From the NCBI GenBank assembly GCA_010909165.1, contig MU008175.1, forward strand, positions 1 through 64,000: DNA of 64,000 bases. The letters run 5' to 3'. Below, piece after piece: positions 12,674 to 24,100 of the stretch. Each line of letters begins with the position of its first letter. Position 1 is the stretch's first letter. A program made the position numbers and the translations under genes. This DNA is from Anthoceros angustus (lineage: Eukaryota; Plantae; Anthocerotophyta). Under the pieces are notes generated by a model that was not told where the DNA came from, did not search any database, and was given only the letters and a program-made list of their open reading frames with translations.

Positions 12674-14194
12674 TCATCGGTCCCGAGCATTGATGTGGCT
12701 GCGCACCAGGTCATCCCTTCCTTCATCCACCACACGGAAGATGTGGACACGAATCTCTCGCTTCTGCTTGTCCTGGACTTCAAACACGCACACATCGTGG
12801 ATATCCAAACTGCGATCTAATGCAAAAGTACGCCAGCCTGTGCTCAGGCCTGGACAGTTGCCTCGGTTCTCCACAATGTATCTCACTGCCTGTCGTCTGT
12901 TGAGGCTGTCGATGAGGTGAACGTCCACGTTCACCCTCCCCAGGTGTGGGATGCAAAAGTTCCCGGGGAGACCCTGTGACACAAGCACACGCAGTCATGT
13001 GCTTCCATCTCACTGTACTGGATCAGATCCTGATTGATGAAAGCTTGGGAACGATTGCTTACCAGCCAGAACCCACGGTACACATGTGAGTCCTTCAACT
13101 CCACCAAGACAGACGGATTCTCGCATTTCAGCGCTTTGGCTGCCTCCTTAGCACGACGGCACTCCTTCTTTGTCACTTCTCTCCTGGTGGAAACAAAGAG
13201 CTCAGACCGAGCACGCGGACCATGAGGTGACTTGGGACTGTCTCTGCACTTTCCTGCTTCTCCTGGAGACAATCCTCTCCTCTCTGACTCGGCTCCTGCT
13301 TGTCTGCGGACCCTGCACCTTCCTCCGTACCATATTGTCGCTCTCGGATTCGTCGGTCAGGTCGATGACCTCTCGCTTCACCAGCACAGGACGATCAAGG
13401 ACCCTCATCTCCGCTTTGTCGCCGTCCCCGCCTGTGTACCAGTGCCTGGGAGGCTTTGGCGCCAGATACTCCTCGTAATCCTCCCCACATCCTCGAGCCC
13501 AATGCTTCTCGCTTTGCAAATGCCGGGTGCCTGTGCTGCCAGGCCAGGGAAGCGTTGCACATCGCTTCTTGTTCTTCTTCTTCTGCTTCGCCATCTTCTT
13601 CTTCCTTTTCATCGGGCAAGCATTTTCGAGTCTCCTTCTCCAACCTTGCGCAGTCTCCGCAAGCGAGGCTCAGAGGCTGGCACCGCAATGCCACTATCCT
13701 TGTCCCGCTTCAGGCTGCCGTCAGAGTTGAAAATCAGGACGGTCAGCAGCGACCTGGCCACCAGCTGGAACACCAGCAAATCTCCTTCCTTCAGTGCCTG
13801 GGCCCGTGCGAAGGCCTGCCAGCCCTGGACAAGGGCGAATTTTGCCTGCATCTCTGTCATCACAAGCCATTGCTGGCCGTTGGGGATTTGCAGATGCACG
13901 TACTCGTCCAGAACGTCCCCGGCTTCGTCCGCGAATGCTGAGGGAAGGAGCTGCGCAAAATTCAACACACGCAAACATGGACGAGGAAGGCTGAGCAACC
14001 AGCCGGCATCTGACTCAAGGACGGGCTAAGCCTCACATGCATGACAAAAGTAGTAGAGCGCCCACCAGAAATTCTTGCTGGAGAGATTCTTCCTTCATCA
14101 CGAGAGTGAAAGAGGAGGTGTGGATGAAATCTTCCTTGTGGATCATCTTGCAAATCTCCGTGCATTTGGGGCAAGCGCCGCCATCCTTATCCAT
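12674..14194 (-). CDS. B3-domain (REM-type) DNA-binding protein with two B3 domains; multi-exon, possibly frameshifted
   Basis: Exon 1 is MDKDGGACPKCTEICKMIH. B3-1 includes LLPSAF...LVQGWQAFARAQALKEGDLLVFQL. B3-2 is ENPSVLVELKDSHVYRGFWL|GLPGNFC...GLSTGWRTFALDRSLDIHDVCVFEV, joined across a GT-AG intron at 12974-13062. A frame discontinuity near 13620 is unresolved. Confidence 0.8.
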
Positions 14195-14735
14195 GCTCTC
14201 AGCTTATGGAGCAGCGATTTCCCACGGTATCACCAGGGAAAGTGAATCTCCAGAGAGGTCTCAGCAGCTGGAAATGCTTCCCCGGGTAATGAATTTCCCT
14301 GACGGATCCGGGTCCTGGGCACCTCAACTTGCACCACGACAGGCGTGGGAGGAGAGAAATGGGGAGGGAAGAAAAGGAATCGCTTGCTGTTCCTCTGGCA
14401 ACCTGCGGCAGAGACCACCAGAGTCCAGAACGGAATGGCCTGAGACCTCCGTTGAGCCTCGGCATAAGCCGCAGCCCAGCCCAGCCCAGCGCGTGCCCGT
14501 ACATCTCCAACGGTCAAAACCCCATGCGGCTAAATCTTCTAGAGACCGAGCCGCGCTTATGGTCGAGCGACACATACATAAACCATGCTTTGGCATTGTC
14601 GCTGAAGTCATCTAATAATCAACATTAATATAAATATGTAAGGGAAATCTATATAGAATTTCTTGCCTTGCACACCTACCTGATGTAAAACTTGCAAAGG
14701 TTGAGCACCTTCCTGCGAAAAGATATCAATAAGTC

Positions 14736-15567
14736 CAGGGTGTTATTTTGACCGAGTACTATCTCAGTCCCCGGGACCAGCTAGCGTGGCTAGGCTCGGT
14801 CCCGACCGATAGGATCAGAACTTTTATGTACCCTTGGTCACTAAATATAATAATATTAAATAAATATTTTATAAATAATAATATAAAAATACAAATATCT
14901 AGTATATTCTATCGTCGGGGCTGGTCTTTCCAAGCTTTAAAAATACCATTCCAATCTATCTCCTTAACAGGCGGAGCATTGATATATATACTCATCAATG
15001 CATCAAGGGTAAAAATATTAAGATTAGTTCTCATGTTATTCATAACAAAGTTTTGTTTAGAAAATCCCCGCTCACATATAACAGTACTACAAGGTATGAC
15101 CAAACATAATTCCCAAAGACGTAACATAGAGGGTGTCAGTACTACCCTCTCTCGAGTTATTGAGTACAAATTATTGTATACATTAATAACTACATTCAAA
15201 GCCAAATATTACATATCTACTTTTTATAGATATATCAAAATAAGCCAATAAAATCTCATAGAATAAAGGTTGTATTAATAAGCCATGAATGGTATTAGAT
15301 AAATAAAGACATAGCCCATAGATCTATGGTAAGTGTCTTTATGTCCATACCAATTATAAGATGGGTCCATGTGTCCATAATAAATATAAATTCTTAGATA
15401 TAAAATTCATTGATTTTAAACCGGACCTTTTATGAACACTCGGTCCCCGAAAAAAATAGGGGACCGAGGGTAGGGACCGGACTCCTGAAGAACCTCCAGT
15501 CCCATGTTTTTTTTAACACATGCCGGGACCGGGACCGAGGTTGGGATGGGGTCAAAATGACACCCTG
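14736..15567 (-). mobile_element. Non-autonomous hAT DNA transposon (832 bp) retaining the C-terminal dimerization domain
   Basis: 18-bp TIRs with 1 mismatch: CAGGGTGTTATTTTGACC / GGTCAAAATGACACCCTG. Many subterminal GGGACC/GGTCCC motifs. Internal ORF 14909-15205 contains IPCSTVICERGFSKQN...LDALM...IDW. No clean 8-bp TSD. Confidence 0.85.
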
Positions 15568-15649
15568 TCAAGAACGTTTCAAAAATAAATCTTCATAATG
15601 GCTCAAGTCAGTTGCAAAACCAAATCTCCATAATGGACCAAGTCATCTT

Positions 15650-16050
15650 TGCATATAATTCACACAGACAATTTGTAGTTCCTTGTCTACACCCTCCTTT
15701 AGTGGAAGTGGATATTTTTTGAACTTCGTAGATGATTGTTCCCGCATCGTTTTAAAACACAAGAGTGAGGTTTATCAATTCTTCAAGGATCACCTGGCTT
15801 GGGCTGAGCGATTTACAGATAAGAAGCTCAAAACATTGCATTCCGATAATGGTGGCAAGTTTACATCCGAGGTGAAGGTATAGCTCAACAACTCACTCTT
15901 GTATACACTAAAATCTATGCCTCCAAAAGATTTCTGGCTATTTATTGAAACAAGGTCATCTACCAAAGCTCATTGGGCAGATGCCCTATTCACAGCCACA
16001 TATCTTATGAATCAATTGCACACATCAGTAGTTCAAGGTATGACTCCTCA
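15650..16050 (+). pseudogene. Ty1/copia integrase fragment
   Basis: YFLNFVDDCSR...KHKSEV...LKTLHSDNGGKF and WADALFTATYLMN motifs. Confidence 0.8.
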
Positions 16051-16129
16051 TGCAGCAGAAGACTTCGATTGGTCATCTTTAAATATCTTTGTTATTGATA
16101 GGGGGGAGCCAATTCTTGGTGGCAGCATG

Positions 16130-16550
16130 TGGGGCTCATGTTCTTCGCCTTCTATTCTGTTACGTCATTCTTGGACGACATGCTTGGATTCTTAGAAGAC
16201 ATGCTTGAATTTGTGGATTTTTGGAGTTGAGCTCTCATTTCAGTGGAACGCGCAATGCTGCTCCTTGCTCTTCCTGTGGCAATTTCGCCACGTCCCTCTT
16301 GTGCAGTGGGAACATGGCATTGCATGACAAGTTGCGAATCCTATTTTTAAGAATGTCTCTTTGATATGGTTTGCAGTCTGTGTTTTTTTTGTCTATGGAG
16401 TGACTTGCAAACCCTAACCTGCATTTACTTCACCCTAAGCAGATGGCAATTGGATGGCTACGTTAGCACTATTTCCTTATGTAGTCATGGTTGCTATTCT
16501 CGGAAAACAGCAATGCTCGTAGTTTGCAAATTAACATGGCCTGCAAATTA
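16130..16550 (-). other. Orphan copy of the B3-gene 5' flanking region (gene body missing)
   Basis: Aligns with 55260-55600 and 58620-59010 (e.g. TTTCAGTGGAACG, TAAGAAyGTCT, TTTGCAGTCTGTG, GACTTGCAAACCCTAAC). Confidence 0.7.
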
Positions 16551-16566
16551 ACACATAAGACCATCA

Positions 16567-17387
16567 TATGGCATGCCGTTTAGGACATGCAGAAGTTTCA
16601 ACCCCTTTTTTTTGTGATGTCCCTCCTTGACACTCCAACTAGCTGTGTCCACCGACTTTAAAACTCCAACATGGATGCAACAGCAGACTGCACGGGTGAC
16701 CGAGAGTTCGTGGATCTGGGTCATGAAGGCCCCATCGACACTCTTGACATCTTTCGACAATACCAAAACCTTCCTCAAGCTGAATCTACTCCGGAGTAGA
16801 CAAAACAGGTTTGTTGTTGGCCAGCTTGCCCGTGTTCTCCTCTACGAAAGTATATAGGCCATATCTCCCTCATACGCCTGGAAGATCTTGCCATTAGGAT
16901 GCTCAATGGAGAAGTCAAGCCCTTTGTTGAAATCGATATAACACTCTACCCGGAAGGAATCAGTGTAGGAAGGTTGCTGAGCAACCTCACGGTTGAAGGC
17001 GGTGTAGGAATGCTCCGAGTGCTGGTAGCCAAATTACTCAATGGTGGCCATGAAGGGCGAGTCCATATCATAGGGCCCGCATAAGAACCATGTGGAGGTT
17101 CCAAAGGATTCAAAGTACTGATGGTGGCCAGATCGATCTCAAGTCAAGACCCGCCCCAAACCGACATCGGGCTTCAGAGGTCGCCGTGCTTGCAACCGAA
17201 CTGCATCACGCCAGCAGGTCGCTCGGCCTCCGCAGCCTCCTCCCTGTTGCCCCGCCGAAGGGCGCTGGGCCAAATTGGCCGCGCCACGCCACCGGAGTTT
17301 TAAGACGTGATACAACCATTGGAGTGTCCACGAGTGACATAAAAAAAAAAGGGTGAAACTTCCGAATGTCCCAAACGGCATGCCATA
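16567..17387. mobile_element. ~820-bp long-TIR element (Mutator/Pack-MULE-like) with an unidentified internal coding-like fragment
   Basis: ~100-bp imperfect TIRs starting TATGGCATGCCGTTT(A/G)GGACAT..GAAGTTTCA..CCC-polyT..GACACTCCAA..TTAAAACTCC at both ends. The flanks AGACCATCA / ACACCTTCT match only 6/9. Confidence 0.75.
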
Positions 17388-17389
17388 AC

Positions 17390-17760
17390 ACCTTCTTCCT
17401 CCTGTCGTCTGTCAAGGCTGTCGATGAGGCAAACATCTACGTTCACCTCCCCAAGGTGCGGGATGGAGAAGCTTTGGGGGAGAACCTGTGACACAAACAC
17501 ACACATGTGCATCCATCTGTTGGAAAGTCATGATGGGTTGTTTCAACGTTGGATCTGTACATAGCTGGCGCAAGCGTCAAGCGATCCGGAAAGTTAGGGC
17601 ACGCTTCACAGATGCTCGGAAAATAATGTTTAAGCTTCAATTCCCGCCGCCAGGTGTTACTTCAGAGAGTATCAACCGCCAAGAGTTACACGTAACACAC
17701 TTGTAAATACCTTGATCTATCAATGCAAATTCATTCGCCTAGTGGTTTCTTTATGGTATC
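17390..17760 (-). pseudogene. B3 gene remnant: end of intron (with insertion) and start of last exon
   Basis: GTGTTTGTGTCACAG acceptor followed by VLPQSFSIPHLGEVNVDVCLIDSLDRRQ, homologous to 12890-12990. 17560-17760 is homologous to 53745-53945 and 57070-57270. Confidence 0.75.
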
Positions 17761-18084
17761 GTGAGCCGAGCCCCCGCCGGCATCAAGCACGCCGCATTGG
17801 TCTTCCAAGATTTGTCGCTATGGCGCCGCATTGCAACAAAAGGCACTTACCAACGATCTTGAAATTGGCACATGGTTAGAAGTGCACACCGTCAAGTTAC
17901 TCACCTCTTGGCCGGGCCCAAATTTCAAGGCAAGTCATCTCAGAGTGATTATACCATGGTAAATGACGTGAAGTGGTATTGGATTCAAACTCGATGTGCA
18001 CCTACTCTAGCATACCGCACAAGCTACTCAAGCCCATCATCCTCGCCACTCGCAGCCTCACTGGAATGGGATTTTGCGCCCAAA

Positions 18085-19800
18085 GGCGCAAAGAGGCCAC
18101 ATTTACCACTCTAAGTCGTCATATAGTCCTAGGATTCTGATCCCAACCCGAATGGTTCTGTCAAGATGTTCTAACACCATGGGTCCTAGCTCTACCACAA
18201 CCGGGATCCTTACTCTACTGTAACCAATACTATACTTCTAATCCACCACCGTAAGTAGTCTCACCATCATAGGGAGTTCAACACCGTAGTGAAAATTTAT
18301 TCGACCATCGTGGCGGGCCCCACCTGGGCTTTATGTGCCCCTCGCGGTGGGTCTTTGGACACCGCATCCTCATGGGCATGGTCTCTCGAGGGTTGTGATC
18401 TCACGCGCCACACAGCCAATTTCAAGATCGCACCTACTCTGACCACTCACAAGGAGACCGCGCTGTAACACCTGTGGATTAGGCCCCATGACCATGAAGA
18501 CCACGAGGCTTAGGCCTCACCCTGGCCGACCTCATCGATCTCATCTCTCACTTCCTTTCTAACATTCCCCGCTTCCTCAAATGTACCCGTGATACCCCTA
18601 CGACGGCACACTTTCTCCTTTCCCTTTATTTTCCAAAAACCTCCCACCTACCATACATGAATACTCCTCTCGCCTCCTCTCTCAGCCACACATGCACTCA
18701 CCACGGGCCACGCCATGCATTCTCACCACTTATAGAATTGAACACGCTTTGATGAAAGCAGCCGCTTGGGAAGGAGGGACAAAAGTTAGCGCGGCCAAGA
18801 TGGCCAAGACGGCAATTTGGTCGCTATACCTCACCTCAACCTTCCAAGTAGTTCCTTGTTCTTTCCAAAGACGCTACCAAGCGCCCTTCACTGCTCAATC
18901 GCCTGCACGTGGAGCTTGGTCACCTGGGCCTCGACCGGTCTGTGGATCTTCCCGGCCTCTCAGGACGAGAAGACAGCAGAACGACTCAGCTTGATGTCGA
19001 ATTTCGACGCTCCAATCAACCTCACGCCGGGTCCGGCTACACGGAAGTTCATAATCGAAATTGTCTCAAGAGAGACACACAAGGGTCTCTTTATACATCT
19101 AGGCCGCGGCTAGTCATAGCCTCACTTCCTCTAGTGTCTAAAAATTGCAGCCTCTACCACGAGCTCTACCCATCCAAGTTCATACCCACAAGCTCAAAAC
19201 ATCATCCCTTTAACCCAAAAGGAAACCCCGACGTGATATCTGGCCCTTAAAATCACTGCCCGGCTGGTCGCCTAGCCCCACGCCCATAGTCCCCGCCTCC
19301 CGGCCACGCCCGATCCGAGCGATTCTCTCCAAACCTCCACCTTCGCCTCGCCGCTTACTGGCTTCACGCCTCCTGTACGGCGCCTATGGTCCTCTATGCT
19401 TGTGAGGACGAATGGGGAAGAGGATTTCCCTTTCGGAAATCCCACAGGAGGTCCTCGACATGATGGACGGAGGAGTGAAGCCCACGCCAAGAATGGCTGG
19501 AAGACGGACAGCATCAAGGAGCTGAAATGACGGCTCTTTGCTAAGATTGTCCTGGGGTTGGTGAATTACCAACGGACCTCTTACTTCAACACCAACTTCC
19601 TCCAGTTCTTGTGGAAGATTTCGCGAGGAGCCAAGCCGGATTGGGGCACCATAATGTATGAGGCCTATATACATCACAGGGAGAAGCTCCTTATGCCGAA
19701 TTCCGTGGATGAAGAGGGGCCAAGGCCATGTTACCTCAGCACCTGTGGAACGCAAAAGTTTGGGCAACAAGCTTCAATGAGTTTGATTTGAAACAGGCCC
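18085..19800 (-). mobile_element. Reversed, diverged LTR (family C) related to family B LTR, carrying an accessory-ORF remnant on the + strand
   Basis: CAAAGAGGCCACATTTACC...TGTCAAGA at ~18088-18170 matches the reverse complement of the LTR-B 3' end (~36470-36545). 19270-19350 resembles the reverse complement of ~34930-35000. The plus strand at 19480-19790 reads KNGWKTDSIKELK*RLFAKIVLGLVNYQRTSYFNTNFLQFLWKISRGAKPDWGTIMYE. Confidence 0.55.
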
Positions 19801-19945
19801 ACGCTCTTTTGCTAGAAATGGTTTGGTGAAGACATGCAAGGAAATTTTTTGCTCCTTTTTGAGCGGGAGTTGTAGGACCAAGGGAAGGCAAAGAGGATAT
19901 GCAGGAAAGAAACGGGTCAAAACCTCCGGGTGAGAGAAAAGGTAA

Positions 19946-20192
19946 CCTACATGAGTGGTAGGAGGTGTCCTACCACCGAGGAGAAACTCCTACCATGGTA
20001 GATTTAGGTAGGAGAGAGAGATCCTACCACCGTAGGAGAATGACCTCGCTAGTGTTTTGATCACCTACCTAGGAATTAGCTCCTACCATGGTAGGAGAGG
20101 GTAGGAAGGTATCCCACACAGGAGTGACTCCTACCGTGGTAGGAGAAAGGGAAAACGCCTACCATGGTAGAGGGTGTCCTACCAGGTAGGAG
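19946..20192. repeat. Array of ~8 palindromic CCTACC(AT)GGTAGG-type motifs
   Basis: Perfect 18-bp CTCCTACCATGGTAGGAG at 20080-20097, with variants at ~19946, 19968, 19987, 20022, 20128, 20157 and 20177. Confidence 0.85.
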
Positions 20193-20384
20193 ATAGGTTG
20201 CTAAGGAAGGTAGCTTATGTTTTAGGCAGGATAGGCTTGCTATATAGAGTCTTTAGTGGACTAGATAAATAGGCCAAAATAGGTAATTAAGAAATTAGAG
20301 GCTAATTTTCAATTAGAAATTAGAAAATAGGGAAAATGGTATTTTAGTATAAGGAAATTAGGAAACTAACATCAATGGTGGGAG

Positions 20385-20460
20385 AGGGGCCACGTGGCAC
20401 ACATCCAAGGGCAGGATAGAATGGTTACTTTTTCTAACCCTTGGGTGACTTATAAAAGTG
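20385..20460 (+). promoter_or_regulatory. Putative promoter (G-box + TATA) in a TE-derived segment
   Basis: GCCACGTGGC at ~20389 and TTATAAAAG at ~20449, downstream of an AT-rich tract. Followed by Lys/Arg/Glu-rich reading frames truncated at 21146. Confidence 0.4.
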
Positions 20461-21145
20461 GTGCCCCGCAGGAGGCCACAACTCGAAACTCAAGAGACTA
20501 CCACCAGAAGGCGCCGCCACACCCTCAAGCTTCCCAAGGCCCCCATACAGCAACGCACTGCACACGCCGCCTGCGGCCGAGGAGGAGGAGAAGAAGGCGC
20601 AAGCTCAAGAAGGAGGCGAACCCAGCCCAAGAGAAGAAGGAGGAAAAGAGGAAGAAGAGAAGGAGAAGAAGGTTGGGGCGCAACCCAACACTTGCCAAGC
20701 TCGTGAGGGTGCCTAGGAGGGTGGAGCGTGGCAAGATTGCTAGGAAACCGTGCAGAAGGGCTCCTAAATTGTTGTGGCAAGTGTAAGAGTCCGGGGAATT
20801 TTGGTGAGCTTTGCAGGAGAAATCGGGTTTTTGGGACGCCAAGGTGTAAGGGCTGCAGGAAGGAGAGCAAGGCAAGGACCTTTGAGTGTGGAGCAAATCG
20901 AGGAGGAGGAGAAACGCTTGCAAGGATAAGAAGTCGGGTGCAGGAATTGCAGGAGAGGCATCACTTTTCTTCAATTTCGCAAGTACTAACCAAGGAGGCC
21001 ATGACCAAGCCTACCATGACCAAGGGCAAGGAGGTAGTTGTTAAGGAAGGAGCGTCCACCAAGGGAGGTGGCGCAAGAGGTAAGAAGTCTAAGCCGGGAG
21101 GACTGCATCTCGGAGGGTGGAAATTGACATGCCGCAGCTCACATG

Positions 21146-24100
21146 TGTGGACTACGGACTCTTGGGGGTTAAGAAATAACTAGGGTTTTGTTTTTCAGAA
21201 GGAGGATAAAATGAGGCGAAAAGGAGAGGAATAAGCACCTGATAGCACTGACTGCACTGGAGTATACTCCGGACCGCTGGAGGCAACGCACCGACCTACT
21301 ATGGCGGTGCACCGACACGCCGGTAACGGATAAGTCCGACCCACCTGTGTCCAAGGTGATAAGTACGCCTGTGAAAGTAACTTAGAAGTTGAGCCGAGGA
21401 CGACCAGCGACGCCACGGGACGACTCGAGTGGAGAACGGCATGCACCAGACAGAACCTTGCCGTAGGCCGTTATAGTATTCACGGGACACAAGGCCGGAC
21501 AGAGTACCGTAGTAAGAGGCGCTGAGGCGCAAGGTCGAATAAGCCATGCATCGCGTTACTTGACAGGAAGAGGCGCCTCCCGCCCCGTTACTCCCAAGGC
21601 GCGGCCGGGGGTCATTACCGCAGCCGAGACACCTCGATCTCTCGCCCGCCCGGCTCTCGCGGTATCTCGACTCAGACGCTGCCGGCTCACCGCTGAGGTT
21701 GGAGCAGAACGCGCAAGAAGGCGAACGCGGGTCTCCCACAAGCTGCCAAAGAACCAAGGAGGAGAAGGCGATGGCACCCAAAAGCTCATGGAAGTTTGGG
21801 AGCCATGGAACCTGTGGAGCGCAACATTGTGACCCGCGCTATCCGGACTTTGGGCCTGCCCGTGAAGGTGAGAATTGCAGGAGTGGCATTTGGATGTGTT
21901 CCATGGTCCGACGCTCGATAGTGTCACCGTCCGGAGTTCGCCGGGCGGCAACAAGGAGGTGCGGTCCAAGAACCTCCGGAGGACCCAAGGCGATGGACCT
22001 TGAGGTCCCGAGGCGGCCTACAACCGCCCAAAGGAGGAAGAGGGGAGGGTGCCGAGCCCCTCAAGGCGGGGAAGATAGGCCGCCAGCCGATGGCGCCGAG
22101 GCTCGACGCAACGACCACCAACGGTATCGATATCCGACCCGCTGGATGAGTAAGGGCGGTAGCCCCGATCATTGTCCATCGAACTCGCCACCAAGGTGGA
22201 TCACCTTGGTGATAATCTATTATTGCTGCCGGGGAAGAGGGCGGACGGGAAGGATTATTCTTTAGCCTGAGGCTCGCAAGCTGTGGACCGAGAAGCCTCG
22301 CCATCTGGGCCGCCCCATACCCGATCCATGTATGGGGCATTTCGAGCTCCTCAAGGAAGGAGAGCTTGAGCGAAAGGACCGAGGCCCCGCCGAAGTGGAG
22401 CGGCAAGGGCGCCGAGGAGGAGGCCGACCGTCAAAGCCAAACGGACTGGAGGAGGACGATCGAGGATTCTGACTCCATACGTCTGAACGGACCCCTCACC
22501 ACCTGTGGAAGTATGGAAGAAATTCCCCCTCCTCCTCGTGCCCCAACCAGCCACCCACAGAAGCTACCCCAGAGCCCCGCCACCACCATCACTCCCCGAG
22601 GAGCCCCGCTGACCAGTGAGGGAGCCAAGAGACCCACGGCTACCAACGCTGCACCTCACGGTGCCAAGACTTCCCCCGCCTACCTGAGTGGCAAGAAGCG
22701 GAGGAAGCAGAAGGAGGGAAAGGACGCGCCTGTGGAGCAGGAGGACACTGCAGCACCGACCGAGCCGGGTCCTGCCGCCGAAGGCAAAAGGCTTGCTCCT
22801 GACTCTCACCTCCTCCGAGCCCTGTGGAGAAAAGGGCGAGAAGGAGCTCGCCAAAAGGGCCAAGGAGGGGAAGCTGAGCCAAGACTCGACCTAAGGGTCC
22901 CGATTAGGTCCGGAACCCACCGACTTACTCCCCTGGTGGAGGTCCTGACGGAGATGCCGGCCCCGCCACGGACTTTGTGGGAGCCTCACTGCAGCCGTGG
23001 AAGAAACACGGTCCTGCCACTGCCATGGACGGTATGCCTGGGGGTCTCAAGGGATGGCCGAGAAGACCTGTGAGGTAGAAGCCACCCGAGGCGCATGGTA
23101 CCTCCGTGAGCAGCTTGGAGGAGCCCAGAGGCGAGAAGGAAGGCCAAGCTCGGCCGGATTGAGGAGGGAAACGCCGGAGGCCGAGAGGGAGGTCCGTCCA
23201 TCCGCAAGGAGGACAAATTCCTTCACCGGAGGAGCAAGGTGCCAAGGAGGCCCAAGCGCGGGCGAGGACCTCCGCAGTGAGGGGCGAGCGCAGAGCGGAG
23301 GAGGCCCGGCGCAAGCGTAACGGGCGGATCCGCGGAGGCCTGACCGACCAAGCCGAGAGGCTGTGAAGGTGGCCAAGGAGGCGAGGCCACGGCGGCCGAT
23401 CGCGATCACTATCGGCGTGATCGAACCGTGGAGGGAGGCCGAGAGCCACGGCCAATCAAGGCCGAGTGTGGCATGGAGCAAGCACGACGAGCTGCAGAAC
23501 ACTGAGGCCAAGACCCGGGAAATTGGGACCCTGTGGCGCATGCAGGAGGTAGAAGGGAGGCGCAGGAGTTGGAGGACAAGAAGGACACCTTGGAGTTACA
23601 ACCCAAGACGCGGAGCAAGGGTTCTCAATGAGAGAATCCGTGACAGGAGGAGAGCGCCCAGCCCCTCAAGATGGAGGGGAGGGCGGAGCAAGGACCGCCC
23701 AGCAAGAAGTTCGCGACAAGGAGATGGAGGATCCTGACTCACCCCGGAGGTGGAGCAAGGAAGATGGAGGACCGCAAGGAGACTTTGAGGCAGCCCAAAC
23801 TATCATTGAGAGGAATGGTAGTCTAGGACATGGTCGCGAACGCGAGGAAATAGAGCGGCCCGGCTGCACATGGACGGAGCCGACGGCGATGGAACAGGAG
23901 CGTGACGCCGCCGAGATGGAGAAGGCCTGGCGAAGCCCGCACCGCAGGTTGCCCGACCGCCCTGAGCGGGAGATGGCGAGTTAATGAATGGACAAGAGGC
24001 AGGGCGCTGGAAGGTAGCAAGAAGCCGTCCACCGAGGAAGTCGGAAGGGGAACGCTGCTATGGCGGGCAGGCGAACCAAGGAGGAGTTGGAGCAGTGGAG

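Noticed and set aside
13232-14615. Plus-strand ORFs of 265 aa and 192 aa
   Set aside because: Antisense to the B3 gene, with no recognisable motifs.
14748-15251. 167-aa hydrophobic plus-strand ORF
   Set aside because: AT-rich antisense frame of the hAT dimerization domain.
17821-17834. PBS-like TGGCGCCGC
   Set aside because: No recognisable LTR end before it and no gag after it.
19946-20192. CRISPR-like palindromic repeat-spacer array
   Set aside because: Repeats are short and degenerate, spacing is irregular, and the array is embedded in TE sequence.
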